A stretch of 64,000 bases of DNA from a virus (taxonomy: Duplodnaviria; Caudoviricetes), in IMG/VR virus record IMGVR_UViG_3300014205_000182, positions 64,001 through 128,000 of that record; one strand, given 5' to 3'. Every line of letters begins with the position of its first letter. Within the stretch, counting starts at the first letter, position 1. The notes beneath the pieces are model-generated. The model ran no database searches, was not told the origin of the DNA, and saw only the letters and a program-made list of their open reading frames with translations. The position numbers were made by a program, and so were the translations under genes. Shown in pieces: positions 1-8,854 of the stretch.

Positions 1-56
1 TTTGAATCACATGCAGAGCTTTAGCTCTTACTCTCTGCCAGACTGGTGATAATTGC

Positions 57-686
57 TTAGGGTCGATAGTTCATAAACGCAGTACGCGGAGGCTTGATAG
101 GTCCGGTCGGAAGAACTCCAAACGGGCTAGGCGTATATCCCTCGTGCCACGGTGCCGTAGAAGGCATCGAGACGCGACAGAACTGGCGGAAGGTATCCTC
201 AGGCATCTCCAGCGCCTCGTGAACGCACGTAGGCGAACACCACCACAGCTGGTTGCTCTTGATCAGCTTGGCCTCACCACACTCGTGGGCAATGTTGGAG
301 CAGTCACCATTCGGCAGAGGAGTGCCAGCGAAATCCTGATTCCACACGCGACAGCCGGTGTGACTGGAAATCATGTACATGCCGTTCTTGGCATAACCAC
401 CACCACCGCCGTAGGGAGCATCTCCACCGTCTTCACCGATCCCGTCCACGTGGATACCGGGGCGACGGTGGGTCGTACCAGCCTTGACGAGCGCCTCGTC
501 AATCGTGAGATACCCGACGCCCTTAGCGCCGGCGATATCGGAAATCTTGGAAACCACAGAACGCCAACCACCAAGCTCCGGCAGTGTGCCGGCAGCGTCA
601 TGCAGATGAAACGGCATCATCATGACACGGACGCCCGAGAAGGCAGGGAGGTTCATTTGCGCAATCAGCTTTGCTTCACTCTTCAT
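57..686 (-). CDS. 2OG-Fe(II) oxygenase-like protein
   Basis: HxD (GIHVDG), distal H (CVHE) and R (RQFCR) spacing typical of the DSBH dioxygenase fold. Confidence 0.55.
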   Translation of the reverse strand: MKSEAKLIAQMNLPAFSGVRVMMMPFHLHDAAGTLPELGGWRSVVSKISDIAGAKGVGYLTIDEALVKAGTTHRRPGIHVDGIGEDGGDAPYGGGGGYAKNGMYMISSHTGCRVWNQDFAGTPLPNGDCSNIAHECGEAKLIKSNQLWWCSPTCVHEALEMPEDTFRQFCRVSMPSTAPWHEGYTPSPFGVLPTGPIKPPRTAFMNYRP

Positions 687-692
687 GTCAAC

Positions 693-721
693 ACCTTAAG
701 CATCGGCTGGCTAGGCGTCAA
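693..721 (-). promoter_or_regulatory. sigma70-type promoter, leaderless geometry
   Basis: TTGACG-17nt-TAAGGT-6nt-ATG(686). Confidence 0.75.
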
Positions 722-778
722 GGGGTGCTAAGCTTCTGAATGACCAAAAACACCAAGATGTCTCTATTCGGCCTAGGC

Positions 779-1699
779 CTAGTTGTTGCTATTGCCGGCA
801 TTCTCGCCGCCCTCGGATTGAACGGGGTACTTGGCTAAGGCTTCCTCATAGGCAGCGTTAAACTCCTCAACAGGGTCAATGTTCCCGAGCCAGTTAGCCT
901 GGCCTCTAAAATGATCTACGTGGTTACCAATTAGTTTCTTAACGCACTCGTAGATATCTTCCAAGGGGTTAAAGCTTGCGGCATAGCCTCCCAGAATAGA
1001 CATGTCCTTACCGTGCTGGTTCGCACGCGGCGAAGCGCCGTGAGGGTCTACCACACGCCACTTACCGTCGTACTTGTCCATGGAATCGTTGACGCGAGTC
1101 ACTAACTCCAACGTCTCGTGCTGCAAATACAGTGTCCAAGCGTACGTCATGTAAAGCTCGGCCATCTCTCTACCTGGCCACGCCCCACACTGGAAGATCA
1201 TTTCGAAGTTATTGTAGCGCCGGTCTGAAGTTGTATCCTTCATGTTGAGGATAGAAAACTTCCCGTAACACGGCATCTGATGTTGTGAATAAATGGTAGG
1301 GGTTCCAGAGAAGTGTGGTTGTACAGAAACTAGTGGGTCAGGGTGACGAAACACCAACTTCGCAGCAACACCAGACCACAGTTTACGCATAGCCTCACGC
1401 TTGGCAGACCACCTACTTTCGGCAGAGTACAGCGCTCTCGGGCGATCGAACCGAGGCATGTCAATTGCCCTCGGGTAAGCGTAGATTGCTTCACCGTTCC
1501 AGTTAATCTGGGTGTCGCCACCGAAAAACATGTCGCCACCGAAAAACACGAACTTCACATTGTGAAGTGTGCGATCCTTCTTAACCGGCTCGACAGTCGC
1601 ACGTGCAAATCCGCCCAGCTTCCTAGGCGGACGGTGGCCCACCTTCTTAGCAAGCTTAGGATCTGCCAGGTGCCCTAGTGCTTTCTGGTAAGCGTTCAC
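779..1699 (-). CDS. hypothetical protein
   Basis: 306-aa ORF with 4-bp overlap to the upstream gene. Confidence 0.7.
   Translation of the reverse strand: MNAYQKALGHLADPKLAKKVGHRPPRKLGGFARATVEPVKKDRTLHNVKFVFFGGDMFFGGDTQINWNGEAIYAYPRAIDMPRFDRPRALYSAESRWSAKREAMRKLWSGVAAKLVFRHPDPLVSVQPHFSGTPTIYSQHQMPCYGKFSILNMKDTTSDRRYNNFEMIFQCGAWPGREMAELYMTYAWTLYLQHETLELVTRVNDSMDKYDGKWRVVDPHGASPRANQHGKDMSILGGYAASFNPLEDIYECVKKLIGNHVDHFRGQANWLGNIDPVEEFNAAYEEALAKYPVQSEGGENAGNSNN
1513..1548. repeat. perfect 18-bp in-frame tandem duplication
   Basis: tgtcgccaccgaaaaaca x2, giving FFGGD-M-FFGGD. Confidence 0.9.
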
Positions 1700-1953
1700 T
1701 TCTCAGCCTCATCAGCCGCTCTTAGCAGCATTCGTGCCATGTGACGTGCGTCTGTTGGCGAGACCTCAGAAACGAGCCAGTCAGCCTGAATCCAAGGCCC
1801 ATCTTCGTCACCCTTAATCACCTGAACAAGGTCAAAACCACAAGGATCAGCCTCAGCTAGGAGATCAATGATCCCCATACCTAGCTCGACCATCTCTTCG
1901 CTCTGAGACTTTACGAGATTGTTAGCGATGGCTATAAGATCAGCAACAGTCAC
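1696..1953 (-). CDS. hypothetical protein, distant paralog of 30047..30373
   Basis: shared C-terminal AR.hA..LLRAA motif. Confidence 0.65.
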   Translation of the reverse strand: MTVADLIAIANNLVKSQSEEMVELGMGIIDLLAEADPCGFDLVQVIKGDEDGPWIQADWLVSEVSPTDARHMARMLLRAADEAEK

Positions 1954-2246
1954 AGGGAGATCCTAAAGTTAAGATAGACAGTGTAATCGGCAGCTTTGAC
2001 CCAGCGTGAGTAAAACTCGGGCTTCAAGTCGTAAAGCTCCTTAACGCTAGCAGGAGCACTGGCGATCTTGAAAGGCTCAATCCCTAGCTCGACAGCCGCT
2101 TCTACGTGAGCAGCCACGATTCTAGACATCTCCTCGACGAGATCGAATAGTGACTGAGCTTGCGAAGCCAGGTCAATTTCTACACACTGCCCGACGTACC
2201 AGAGGCCGTCACGAGTAAGTAGGACGCTGAGATGTTTGACGATCAA
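1950..2246 (-). CDS. HicB-like antitoxin-domain protein
   Basis: WYVGQCVEIDLASQAQSLFDLVEEM pattern resembles the HicB partial RNase H fold. Confidence 0.55.
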   Translation of the reverse strand: MIVKHLSVLLTRDGLWYVGQCVEIDLASQAQSLFDLVEEMSRIVAAHVEAAVELGIEPFKIASAPASVKELYDLKPEFYSRWVKAADYTVYLNFRISL

Positions 2247-2515
2247 ATCTGTTCTCCACAGTGATCACAGTAAACACGCATATCACCAGAGTCAACCCCT
2301 GGTGCGCTACAAGCTTCGTGCTGACACTCACCCCAGAACCGTGAGGTGCTCGGGTCCAGATCTTCTGGATCGATAACCTCTTCCAGGTCGTCCTCTAAGT
2401 CATCCAGGTGGCATGCTTGAACGTTCTTCGCACCACCCCTCGGCTGCAAACGATGCTTCATGACAGCAGGAGGGCGATGCTGGGCTGCGACTGCTTCTCC
2501 GCTTCGCTTCTTCAT
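2243..2515 (-). CDS. small Cys/His-containing hypothetical protein
   Basis: CQHEAC and CDHC motifs; own promoter. Confidence 0.65.
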   Translation of the reverse strand: MKKRSGEAVAAQHRPPAVMKHRLQPRGGAKNVQACHLDDLEDDLEEVIDPEDLDPSTSRFWGECQHEACSAPGVDSGDMRVYCDHCGEQI

Positions 2516-2521
2516 AAGAGC

Positions 2522-2549
2522 AACCTAAGCACTGCTAGGGTGTTGTCAA
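2522..2549 (-). promoter_or_regulatory. sigma70-type promoter, leaderless geometry
   Basis: TTGACA-16nt-TAGGTT-6nt-ATG(2515). Confidence 0.7.
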
Positions 2550-2704
2550 TAGAACCACCTAGAAGGGAGTACGGTAGACCAGAAAGCTGGAACCTTACGA
2601 TCATAAAGCTCCTTGACTCGCTCACGAGCGTAGTATTCACTGGGAACGGTTCGCTCGTAAACTACGTCGCCGTTGCGAACGCTGAATACGTAGTAGTGAG
2701 TCAG
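2546..2704 (-). CDS. 52-aa ORF with probable CTG start
   Basis: fills the gap exactly; CTGA overlaps the upstream stop; (M)THYYVFSVRNGDVVYERTV... Confidence 0.5.
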   Translation of the reverse strand: MTHYYVFSVRNGDVVYERTVPSEYYARERVKELYDRKVPAFWSTVLPSRWFY

Positions 2705-3228
2705 ACGCTCTCACTTTCTTCCTTAGTAGCCTCAGTAACCAGCCGGAACCCAAGGATCTTGGGACGGCTATCCCACGAGTTGATCTTGGGAGCAGCTGCG
2801 AATGCTAGAGCTTGCTTCTTCATGAAGTCAATCTCCTTGAGAGTCGGCTTACGAGACAGAAAAAACTGAACACTCTGGTACGCAGGCCAGGGAGTGTTCT
2901 GCCAAAGCTTGGCTTTCTTGCGATTAGCTGGCGTATCCTTGTAGTGATTACCTTTGCCGTCGTTGAAGAAACCAGGCGTAGGGGCGATCGTCACACAGGT
3001 ATCTTCCGGGATGTCATCAGACTGATGCAGACGGTACTCCAGTAGTTCTTCAAAATCCACCCCAGCTTCGATCGCTGCAATCACGGCAGGCTTCGAATAA
3101 TCTTCGTAGTTCATGCCGGTTGCCCCATCCGGACAATTCTGCTGTCCGGTAACGAAATAGAGCATTTCGCGCTCGAAGTTACCGGAGTATCTGTCGGTGT
3201 CGATCAAGAAGGAGTAAGACTTTCTCAC
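2701..3228 (-). CDS. hypothetical protein
   Basis: ORF coupled to its neighbours. Confidence 0.7.
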   Translation of the reverse strand: MRKSYSFLIDTDRYSGNFEREMLYFVTGQQNCPDGATGMNYEDYSKPAVIAAIEAGVDFEELLEYRLHQSDDIPEDTCVTIAPTPGFFNDGKGNHYKDTPANRKKAKLWQNTPWPAYQSVQFFLSRKPTLKEIDFMKKQALAFAAAPKINSWDSRPKILGFRLVTEATKEESESV

Positions 3229-3485
3229 GAAATCACCTCAATGCGAATTGACTTAGGACCACCAAGATAAAGTCTTGGCACAACTTCCTCAGTCAACCAC
3301 TTCTGGCAAGCTTCAGAGTAGAGATCTGCCAGCGAAATGTGAAGCTCCATGCGCCAGATTCGCTTGCCTGCAAAGCTGGTACCGATTGCAGGATGGTCTT
3401 GCGTGCCATCCCTGTAGACGACGTTTAGCCAGAACTTACCCATGTCACCACACTCCGAAGGATGCCCACCTGGACGGTAGGTCAC
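3225..3485 (-). CDS. hypothetical protein
   Basis: coupled ORF. Confidence 0.6.
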   Translation of the reverse strand: MTYRPGGHPSECGDMGKFWLNVVYRDGTQDHPAIGTSFAGKRIWRMELHISLADLYSEACQKWLTEEVVPRLYLGGPKSIRIEVIS

Positions 3486-4099
3486 TTGTACCGGTGACGG
3501 CCCTTGGCCGGGTCAAACTTGCCACCGTTGCTGATGATGTTCTGCATGATCATCGTCAGGCAGTCGTTCTGGTTGCCTTCAGTAAAGATGGGGGAAGTGT
3601 TGATTACATGATCTTCGATGGTAATTCGATAATCGTGGCGCTTATACTCGTCCCACTTCTCGAAGAAACATTCGACGAGATTCAGCTGGTTTACTGAGAA
3701 CCATTTCTTGAGGTAGTTGACCTCAAACTGCCGCAAAGGCATATCACGGTCAAAGAAGTCAGCCACCGGCAGGTGGTCAGCATTAAGCACTGCACTGGCG
3801 AACAGTCCTCCGATACCACAGACCTGACAGGACGTCTGAGCGATACACTCCGACATATCCATGTTAGCCTCGACGGCAGCAGAGGTGCCCAAAACGTACT
3901 CACTAGGGCCACCGAAGTCAAAGTAAATGCTGGTTGCAGAGAACTTACCTGCCTTCAGCTGAGCGATGACGTCTCGCGCGATAGCGATACGTTGCTTTGG
4001 CTTCGTCAGAGCCTTAAAACGCTTGTTCTTGGCCTTGAGTCGACGTTGAATGGTGGAGCGCAGGGCTCCTTCGGTCTGGATGGTCTTTGTTTGTATCAT
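3482..4099 (-). CDS. unknown family, paralog 1 of 3
   Basis: QRIAIARDVIAQ...CQVCGIG.LF...NIISN.G.F shared with 5970..6581 and 8854..9456. Confidence 0.85.
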   Translation of the reverse strand: MIQTKTIQTEGALRSTIQRRLKAKNKRFKALTKPKQRIAIARDVIAQLKAGKFSATSIYFDFGGPSEYVLGTSAAVEANMDMSECIAQTSCQVCGIGGLFASAVLNADHLPVADFFDRDMPLRQFEVNYLKKWFSVNQLNLVECFFEKWDEYKRHDYRITIEDHVINTSPIFTEGNQNDCLTMIMQNIISNGGKFDPAKGRHRYK

Positions 4100-4105
4100 A
4101 TTACC

Positions 4106-4134
4106 TCTGTAAGCACTAAGGGTGGGCTTGTCAA
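4106..4134 (-). promoter_or_regulatory. promoter-like element
   Basis: TTGACA-17nt-TACAGA-6nt-ATG(4099). Confidence 0.6.
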
Positions 4135-4427
4135 CGCTTCTTCAACAGATCGCCAAATGAGAAACACAGTCGCTTGTTAGGGGAGTAGTCTTCACGCTTG
4201 CGAGGGACCCCGTTAGGCCCTTCCCAAATGTACGGGTGCAATGAGCACTTACGCGGGTCGTCTTTACAGGTGCAGGTCATATCAATCCTCTGCAAGCTCG
4301 TCGAGTATCTCTTGAACGTAACTCTTGACCTCGACGAGGAAATTCCACTTCTCGTCAGCAGTCATGCTCTCCATGAGTACACTGAGGGTCTCACGAGTGA
4401 TGACCATGTGCTCGGTTTCTTTAGGCA

Positions 4428-4694
4428 TTAGTCCACCACCCAACCATCAGCCAGCATTTCCTCAAAAGAGGCATACTGCTTTGCCGGGATTCCCGCCAGC
4501 TGAGGTTCCAGCTTGCCAGTCTCCAGACGCATCACGTTGCCGAGGTAGACCCACGTCCTACCCTGGACAACAAACCCGATCTCGGGCATCCCAGAGCCCT
4601 TCGGGCGCTTCATGGGCATTACTGGACCCAGAGGCCAGGTCTCTGGCCTGCCAAGAATATCTAGGTCATGCGGGCGCTTAGGTGTCAGCATCAT
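4428..4694 (-). CDS. hypothetical protein (start revised to ATG 4694)
   Basis: TTGACA(4729-4724)-16nt-TACGAT-7nt-ATG. Confidence 0.65.
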   Translation of the reverse strand: MMLTPKRPHDLDILGRPETWPLGPVMPMKRPKGSGMPEIGFVVQGRTWVYLGNVMRLETGKLEPQLAGIPAKQYASFEEMLADGWVVD

Positions 4695-4740
4695 GCATCC
4701 TATCGTAATCACGTGCTACGCTTTGTCAAGTGGAGTGAAT

Positions 4741-5214
4741 GTGAAAGAAATCAAATACGGGGCAATCCCCACAATATACCGAGGCATCCAGTTTCGCAGT
4801 AGACTCGAAGCAAAAATCGCTTGCTTCTTAGATTCGTACGACCTGATCTGGGATTTCGAACCACTTGATCTCAAGCGGTACATCCCAGACTTTATCGTCG
4901 AGTTCCCTTGGGGAGCGACGCTAGTAGAAGCCAAGCCTGCCGTCAGGCCAGCAGAATTCAAACCAGCCTGCCGTAAGATCACACGCAGTGGTTGGACCGG
5001 ACCGGCGCTAGTGATAGGCTCTCAGCTAGCTCTAGGTCCAGATGACCGAGCAGACCTCACGATGTTTGGCTCTACGCAAGCGGAGGATGGTTGCTGGAGC
5101 AGAGTAGGCAGAGAGAGGTGGCCAGCGGACTGGGGATCTGAGTACGTGTTCCCAGACTGCTTCACTAAGTGGGTAGAAGCTGGGAATGTTACGCGCTGGG
5201 ATCCGGGTCAGTGA
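4741..5214 (+). CDS. PD-(D/E)xK nuclease
   Basis: YRGIQFRSRLEA...YIPDF...VEAK; GTG start after GGAG. Confidence 0.75.
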   Translation: MKEIKYGAIPTIYRGIQFRSRLEAKIACFLDSYDLIWDFEPLDLKRYIPDFIVEFPWGATLVEAKPAVRPAEFKPACRKITRSGWTGPALVIGSQLALGPDDRADLTMFGSTQAEDGCWSRVGRERWPADWGSEYVFPDCFTKWVEAGNVTRWDPGQ

Positions 5215-5401
5215 ACACGAATTTCGGTACCGCCGTGTACCTGCCTTCGATCGGAGGCTCTAGCTCGCGCCAGATTACTTTCATCGCTGTAGAGTAGTAG
5301 TGTTCTTCTGCTCCCTCGGGATCCTTAATCCAAACACCGTTCGACCAGAACACGTTGTCTTGTCCGTTACGAACCCATACAATAACGTACTGATAGGTCA
5401 T
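5189..5401 (-). CDS. hypothetical protein
   Basis: coupled small ORF. Confidence 0.55.
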   Translation of the reverse strand: MTYQYVIVWVRNGQDNVFWSNGVWIKDPEGAEEHYYSTAMKVIWRELEPPIEGRYTAVPKFVFTDPDPSA

Positions 5402-5970
5402 TCGCACTCGCCCCTAATCTTCTGCAACTTGCTGAAGATCTCGGGCATCTGAGAACCGTCGTACCGAATAACATTCGGCCCAAGCTTCTCGATGTTCTTG
5501 TTCCAGGGCTGCGCGACTGAGATTACCAGACCACGGGGACGCCACTTGATCCAGCGCTCGACATACGCAGGCCAGTCATCCACCAGAACCTTGCCGTAAA
5601 CAAGCCCCTTGTCCTCCGAGAGTGTGATCGGCATGTGAGGCACGTGCTCCTCACACCACTCGACCTTCTCCTGCCAAGCCGCCGTCGACTTGCGGGGACC
5701 CTTGCTGAGGATGTTGCAGCGAAACTTCAAGGCCATCAGAGTATTGACGATGTCAAAGCCTGCCTGGAGCCTGGGGAGGTTGCGCCAGAATCCCGGCAGC
5801 TTCTTGATCAACCTATGACGCTGCTTCACGTAGGTCTGATCTTCGCCCGAGTAGTCATCCGGCTTTGTCTCCTCAGGTGAGCGAATCAGGCTGAGGTAGT
5901 GACGCATCGACTGATCGAAATCGGCGATCGTACCGTCCATGTCGATCAATGCGACAGGTTCAGCCAACAT
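5398..5970 (-). CDS. 5'(3')-deoxyribonucleotidase (NT5C, HAD family)
   Basis: DMDGTIADF, EKVEW, LVDD, QPWN motifs. Confidence 0.85.
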   Translation of the reverse strand: MLAEPVALIDMDGTIADFDQSMRHYLSLIRSPEETKPDDYSGEDQTYVKQRHRLIKKLPGFWRNLPRLQAGFDIVNTLMALKFRCNILSKGPRKSTAAWQEKVEWCEEHVPHMPITLSEDKGLVYGKVLVDDWPAYVERWIKWRPRGLVISVAQPWNKNIEKLGPNVIRYDGSQMPEIFSKLQKIRGECE

Positions 5971-6581
5971 TACCGGGTCCGATGCTTACCAGCAAACGGG
6001 TTGAAGAACCCACGATTGCTGATGATGTTCTCCATAATCATCACGAGACGCTTCTTAGGGGAACGCTCCAAATAAATCGGAGAAGAGCGCAGAGTCTTCA
6101 GCGTAATCTTGACCGACTCAGGCCAGAGGTACTCGGTACCAGGACGCCACTTCTCGAAGAAGACCTCCACGAGATCCAGCTGATCCTCGGAGAACCACTG
6201 CTGGAGATACTCGGTCTGCTTGCTGCGTTGTTCGGCCATCGTCGGCCAGGTACAACCTGCGGGACGTAGGTCAAAGACCTTCAGCTTGTCGGCGTTCAGG
6301 ACAGCACCAGCAAAGAGGCTGCCGATACCACAAACCTGGCACGAAGAAGCTTGGGCCACCACATCAGCAACCTCAAGCTCGTCCCTGGCGCCGCTGAAAT
6401 CGCTGATGTCAAAATAACCGCTGAACGCCTTGAACTTGCCGGCGTAGATCTGAGCGATCACATCCTTCGCGATGTGGATGCGCTGCTCATGCTGAGGAAG
6501 CTTGGCAAACGCCTTATTCTTCTGCTGAACGAGCTTACGTGCGGCTTCAAACTTCGGTCCCTGATTGCTGATCACTTGCAT
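5970..6581 (-). CDS. unknown family, paralog 2 of 3
   Basis: QRIHIAKDVIAQ...CQVCGIGSLF. Confidence 0.85.
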   Translation of the reverse strand: MQVISNQGPKFEAARKLVQQKNKAFAKLPQHEQRIHIAKDVIAQIYAGKFKAFSGYFDISDFSGARDELEVADVVAQASSCQVCGIGSLFAGAVLNADKLKVFDLRPAGCTWPTMAEQRSKQTEYLQQWFSEDQLDLVEVFFEKWRPGTEYLWPESVKITLKTLRSSPIYLERSPKKRLVMIMENIISNRGFFNPFAGKHRTR

Positions 6582-6587
6582 ATATCA

Positions 6588-6616
6588 CCTGTAGTCATCT
6601 GTTTAGCTTCTGTCAA
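6588..6616 (-). promoter_or_regulatory. promoter-like element
   Basis: TTGACA-17nt-TACAGG-6nt-ATG(6581). Confidence 0.6.
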
Positions 6617-6722
6617 TGGCACACACTCAGGTCTCGCACCTGTCTCATCACCTTCAATTTTACGTTGCTTCAGTTTTGAGCGCCCTGATCCTTTACCGTG
6701 CCCGATAAAGCCAGCTATGTGT
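6617..6722 (-). ncRNA. CCA-ending structured RNA with T-arm-like hairpin
   Basis: ACACA/TGTGT closing stem + G-CCA; CAGG-TGCGAGA-CCTG; shares ATAGCTRGC and AAAAT(T)GAAGGT with 42976..43061. Confidence 0.5.
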
Positions 6723-6860
6723 CGTCGTCTTTCCGACTGTCATACCGGCACCACGCGTAGCCCGGTCGCGTATTGTCAACGGGGTACGTTCACTCTACCC
6801 GTTGTCCCTCTCTCCCTGAACGCTATGACGAGAACTTAATCTCGACTACCTAGAGAGGTG
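6723..6860 (-). ncRNA. structured RNA candidate
   Basis: GTCATA/TATGAC, CAACGGG/CCCGTTG, crossing ACGCG/CGCGT and ACCGG/CCGGT; ends GACAGTCGGAAAGACGAC. Confidence 0.45.
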
Positions 6861-6869
6861 TGGGAGCAC

Positions 6870-8447
6870 TCACTTCGCCAGACGACGGCGAACCTTCATG
6901 ATCTTCGCCACCAGCGTGGACTTGCCACCCGGAATCTTCGAAGCTCCGTGGATCTTCAGTCGACCCGAGGCGTACTTGCGCAGATTCTCGATAGGCTGCT
7001 CCATAAGCTCGCGAGTGTTCATGCGATCCAGAGGGTAGTCGACCTTTTCGAACATGCTCGTCTGTGCAGCAGTGACCGGTGGGAATTCCTCCTGGGTCGA
7101 CAGCGGCTCGGGCGGCGTCTCCTTCGACTTCGCCATGTCAACGAGGACCTCGGCGACGAGCTTAGTGATGCCGTTCAGTGCTTCGCCCGGCGTGCCGGCG
7201 AACCAGCTCAGTGACGGGAACTCCGCCACGAGTCCGACGTGCTCCTGATCCTCCTCGGACCACCGCACGCGGTAGGTGTACTTCTCAGTCTCAGACTCTT
7301 CATCAATATCATCCACATCGACCTCGTACTCCTCGTCAGGAAGATCCGAGTCATCCGCAACAGCGGTCATATCCTGACCAGACCAGTCGCCAATAACCTC
7401 GTACTCACAGACGCGCATCTTCTGCGCATTGTGGTCCTCAGGGACACACACGACGTTCTCAGGGTCGACACGAACGACCACAGTCGTACCGTAGCCAAAA
7501 CCGTGAGCGTACGAGCGGGCACCGACATGCAGACCGACGTGGCAAGTCTGGCTCGGGTTGTCAGAGATCTGGTTGCGAGGCATCTTGACCACCGCGCCCG
7601 GCTTGTTCGAAATCGTGCCAGAGTACACGTCGAGATAGTCGTCTCGAAGGCCCTTGTATGCCAGGAACGTACCATCCGGCTCGATGGCGATGTTGAGGTG
7701 CTGAAGGAACCCGAAGACCTGCTCACGAGAGCGATAGCTCGGATTCTTGTCCAGGCGCTCGTAGAAGCGCAGCAGCGGAGACGGATCCTGACCAGCGCTG
7801 GCCATCGCGTTGATGCGGTCCGAGAGCGCAGGAGGCAGTGCAGTACCGTTGTACTTCACGACACCGTTGTCCAGAGCGAAGGCAGTACCCAGATACTTCT
7901 GGAGAGCACCACCCGGGGCCAGAAGAGCCGGGATACCTGCCCAGTCCTTTTCCAGAATTGCCTTCTGGATCTGGTTGTACTGGACGGTACCAGCGTGATG
8001 GGTGTGAGGGGTACCGTCAACAAAGACGGTAACAGAATCGCCGGTCATGGAGAATGGAAGTGCGTTTGTCATAGAGGTAATATGCTCACTGTAGATGCGC
8101 CCGTCAAGGGTCGTCAGGCGGTAAACGTTACGATCGATCTCGACCAGGTGAGGGGTGGCAAGCATTGCAAAAAGCGCGCCCGTCATGTGCTCGACAATCT
8201 GCCCGGTAGTGCCCTTTGTACACCCTACAGATTCTGCGAGTTTAGAGATGTCGATCTGAAGCATCTCTGTCTGGGAAACCGACTTCAATTCTTCAATACG
8301 CCATAGGAGATTGACTGCAATCTCGTTGAGAGTACTTCGCCAAAGATGAGGGACTTTGTCCGCATTCAAAGGACGTTCAAGGAATGGGAAAATAGTGGAG
8401 TAGGTTTGCGTACCGAGATCGAGAATAAATTTGTCGGTGTTACTCAC
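6870..8447 (-). CDS. rIIB: RIIB-like protein with N-terminal extension and internal HicB-like domain
   Basis: NPSYRSREQVFGFL, DGTFLAYKG, C..GLHVG, VPEDH..KMRVCEY; downstream of rIIA. Confidence 0.85.
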   Translation of the reverse strand: MSNTDKFILDLGTQTYSTIFPFLERPLNADKVPHLWRSTLNEIAVNLLWRIEELKSVSQTEMLQIDISKLAESVGCTKGTTGQIVEHMTGALFAMLATPHLVEIDRNVYRLTTLDGRIYSEHITSMTNALPFSMTGDSVTVFVDGTPHTHHAGTVQYNQIQKAILEKDWAGIPALLAPGGALQKYLGTAFALDNGVVKYNGTALPPALSDRINAMASAGQDPSPLLRFYERLDKNPSYRSREQVFGFLQHLNIAIEPDGTFLAYKGLRDDYLDVYSGTISNKPGAVVKMPRNQISDNPSQTCHVGLHVGARSYAHGFGYGTTVVVRVDPENVVCVPEDHNAQKMRVCEYEVIGDWSGQDMTAVADDSDLPDEEYEVDVDDIDEESETEKYTYRVRWSEEDQEHVGLVAEFPSLSWFAGTPGEALNGITKLVAEVLVDMAKSKETPPEPLSTQEEFPPVTAAQTSMFEKVDYPLDRMNTRELMEQPIENLRKYASGRLKIHGASKIPGGKSTLVAKIMKVRRRLAK

Positions 8448-8854
8448 GAGGCCCCCACAAACTTCACTGCAAATCCAAGCTTCTTGAGGATCGGAATCAG
8501 CTTCTTCTCGCGTTCCTCTTCCGAAATCAGGGTATCGTCGTTGATCTCCATCGCCGCATCAGTTGCAGCGCGATTCGTCATCTTACGCTGTCCGGTGCTA
8601 CGCGTGACACGCACCAATGGCGAGAGCTTGTCGAGTAGGTAATTGAATCGCGTGTCGCTAATAGCGTCATCGCTAGCGATGTCGTCGGGTGCCGGCCGAT
8701 CGTCGATCGCTTCACGAGTCAGCCCGAGCTTTCGGCAGGCGAACCCAAGGCAACACATGTTGTCTTGTTCGTTGAGAAGGCTCGACATGCCGCCCTTGTT
8801 GCCACGGACCCAGCGAGAACGGTTAATTGTGAGTGGAATCAGTTTCTTCGCCAT
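8444..8854 (-). CDS. hypothetical protein
   Basis: INRSRWVRG...MCCLGF; coupled ORF. Confidence 0.7.
   Translation of the reverse strand: MAKKLIPLTINRSRWVRGNKGGMSSLLNEQDNMCCLGFACRKLGLTREAIDDRPAPDDIASDDAISDTRFNYLLDKLSPLVRVTRSTGQRKMTNRAATDAAMEINDDTLISEEEREKKLIPILKKLGFAVKFVGAS

Noticed and set aside
1-56. Hairpin GCAGAG/CTCTGC at the window edge
   Set aside because: Truncated by the window; not enough context to call
6617-6860. tmRNA
   Set aside because: No Ala-type acceptor (G3-U70), no convincing tag ORF, and too short
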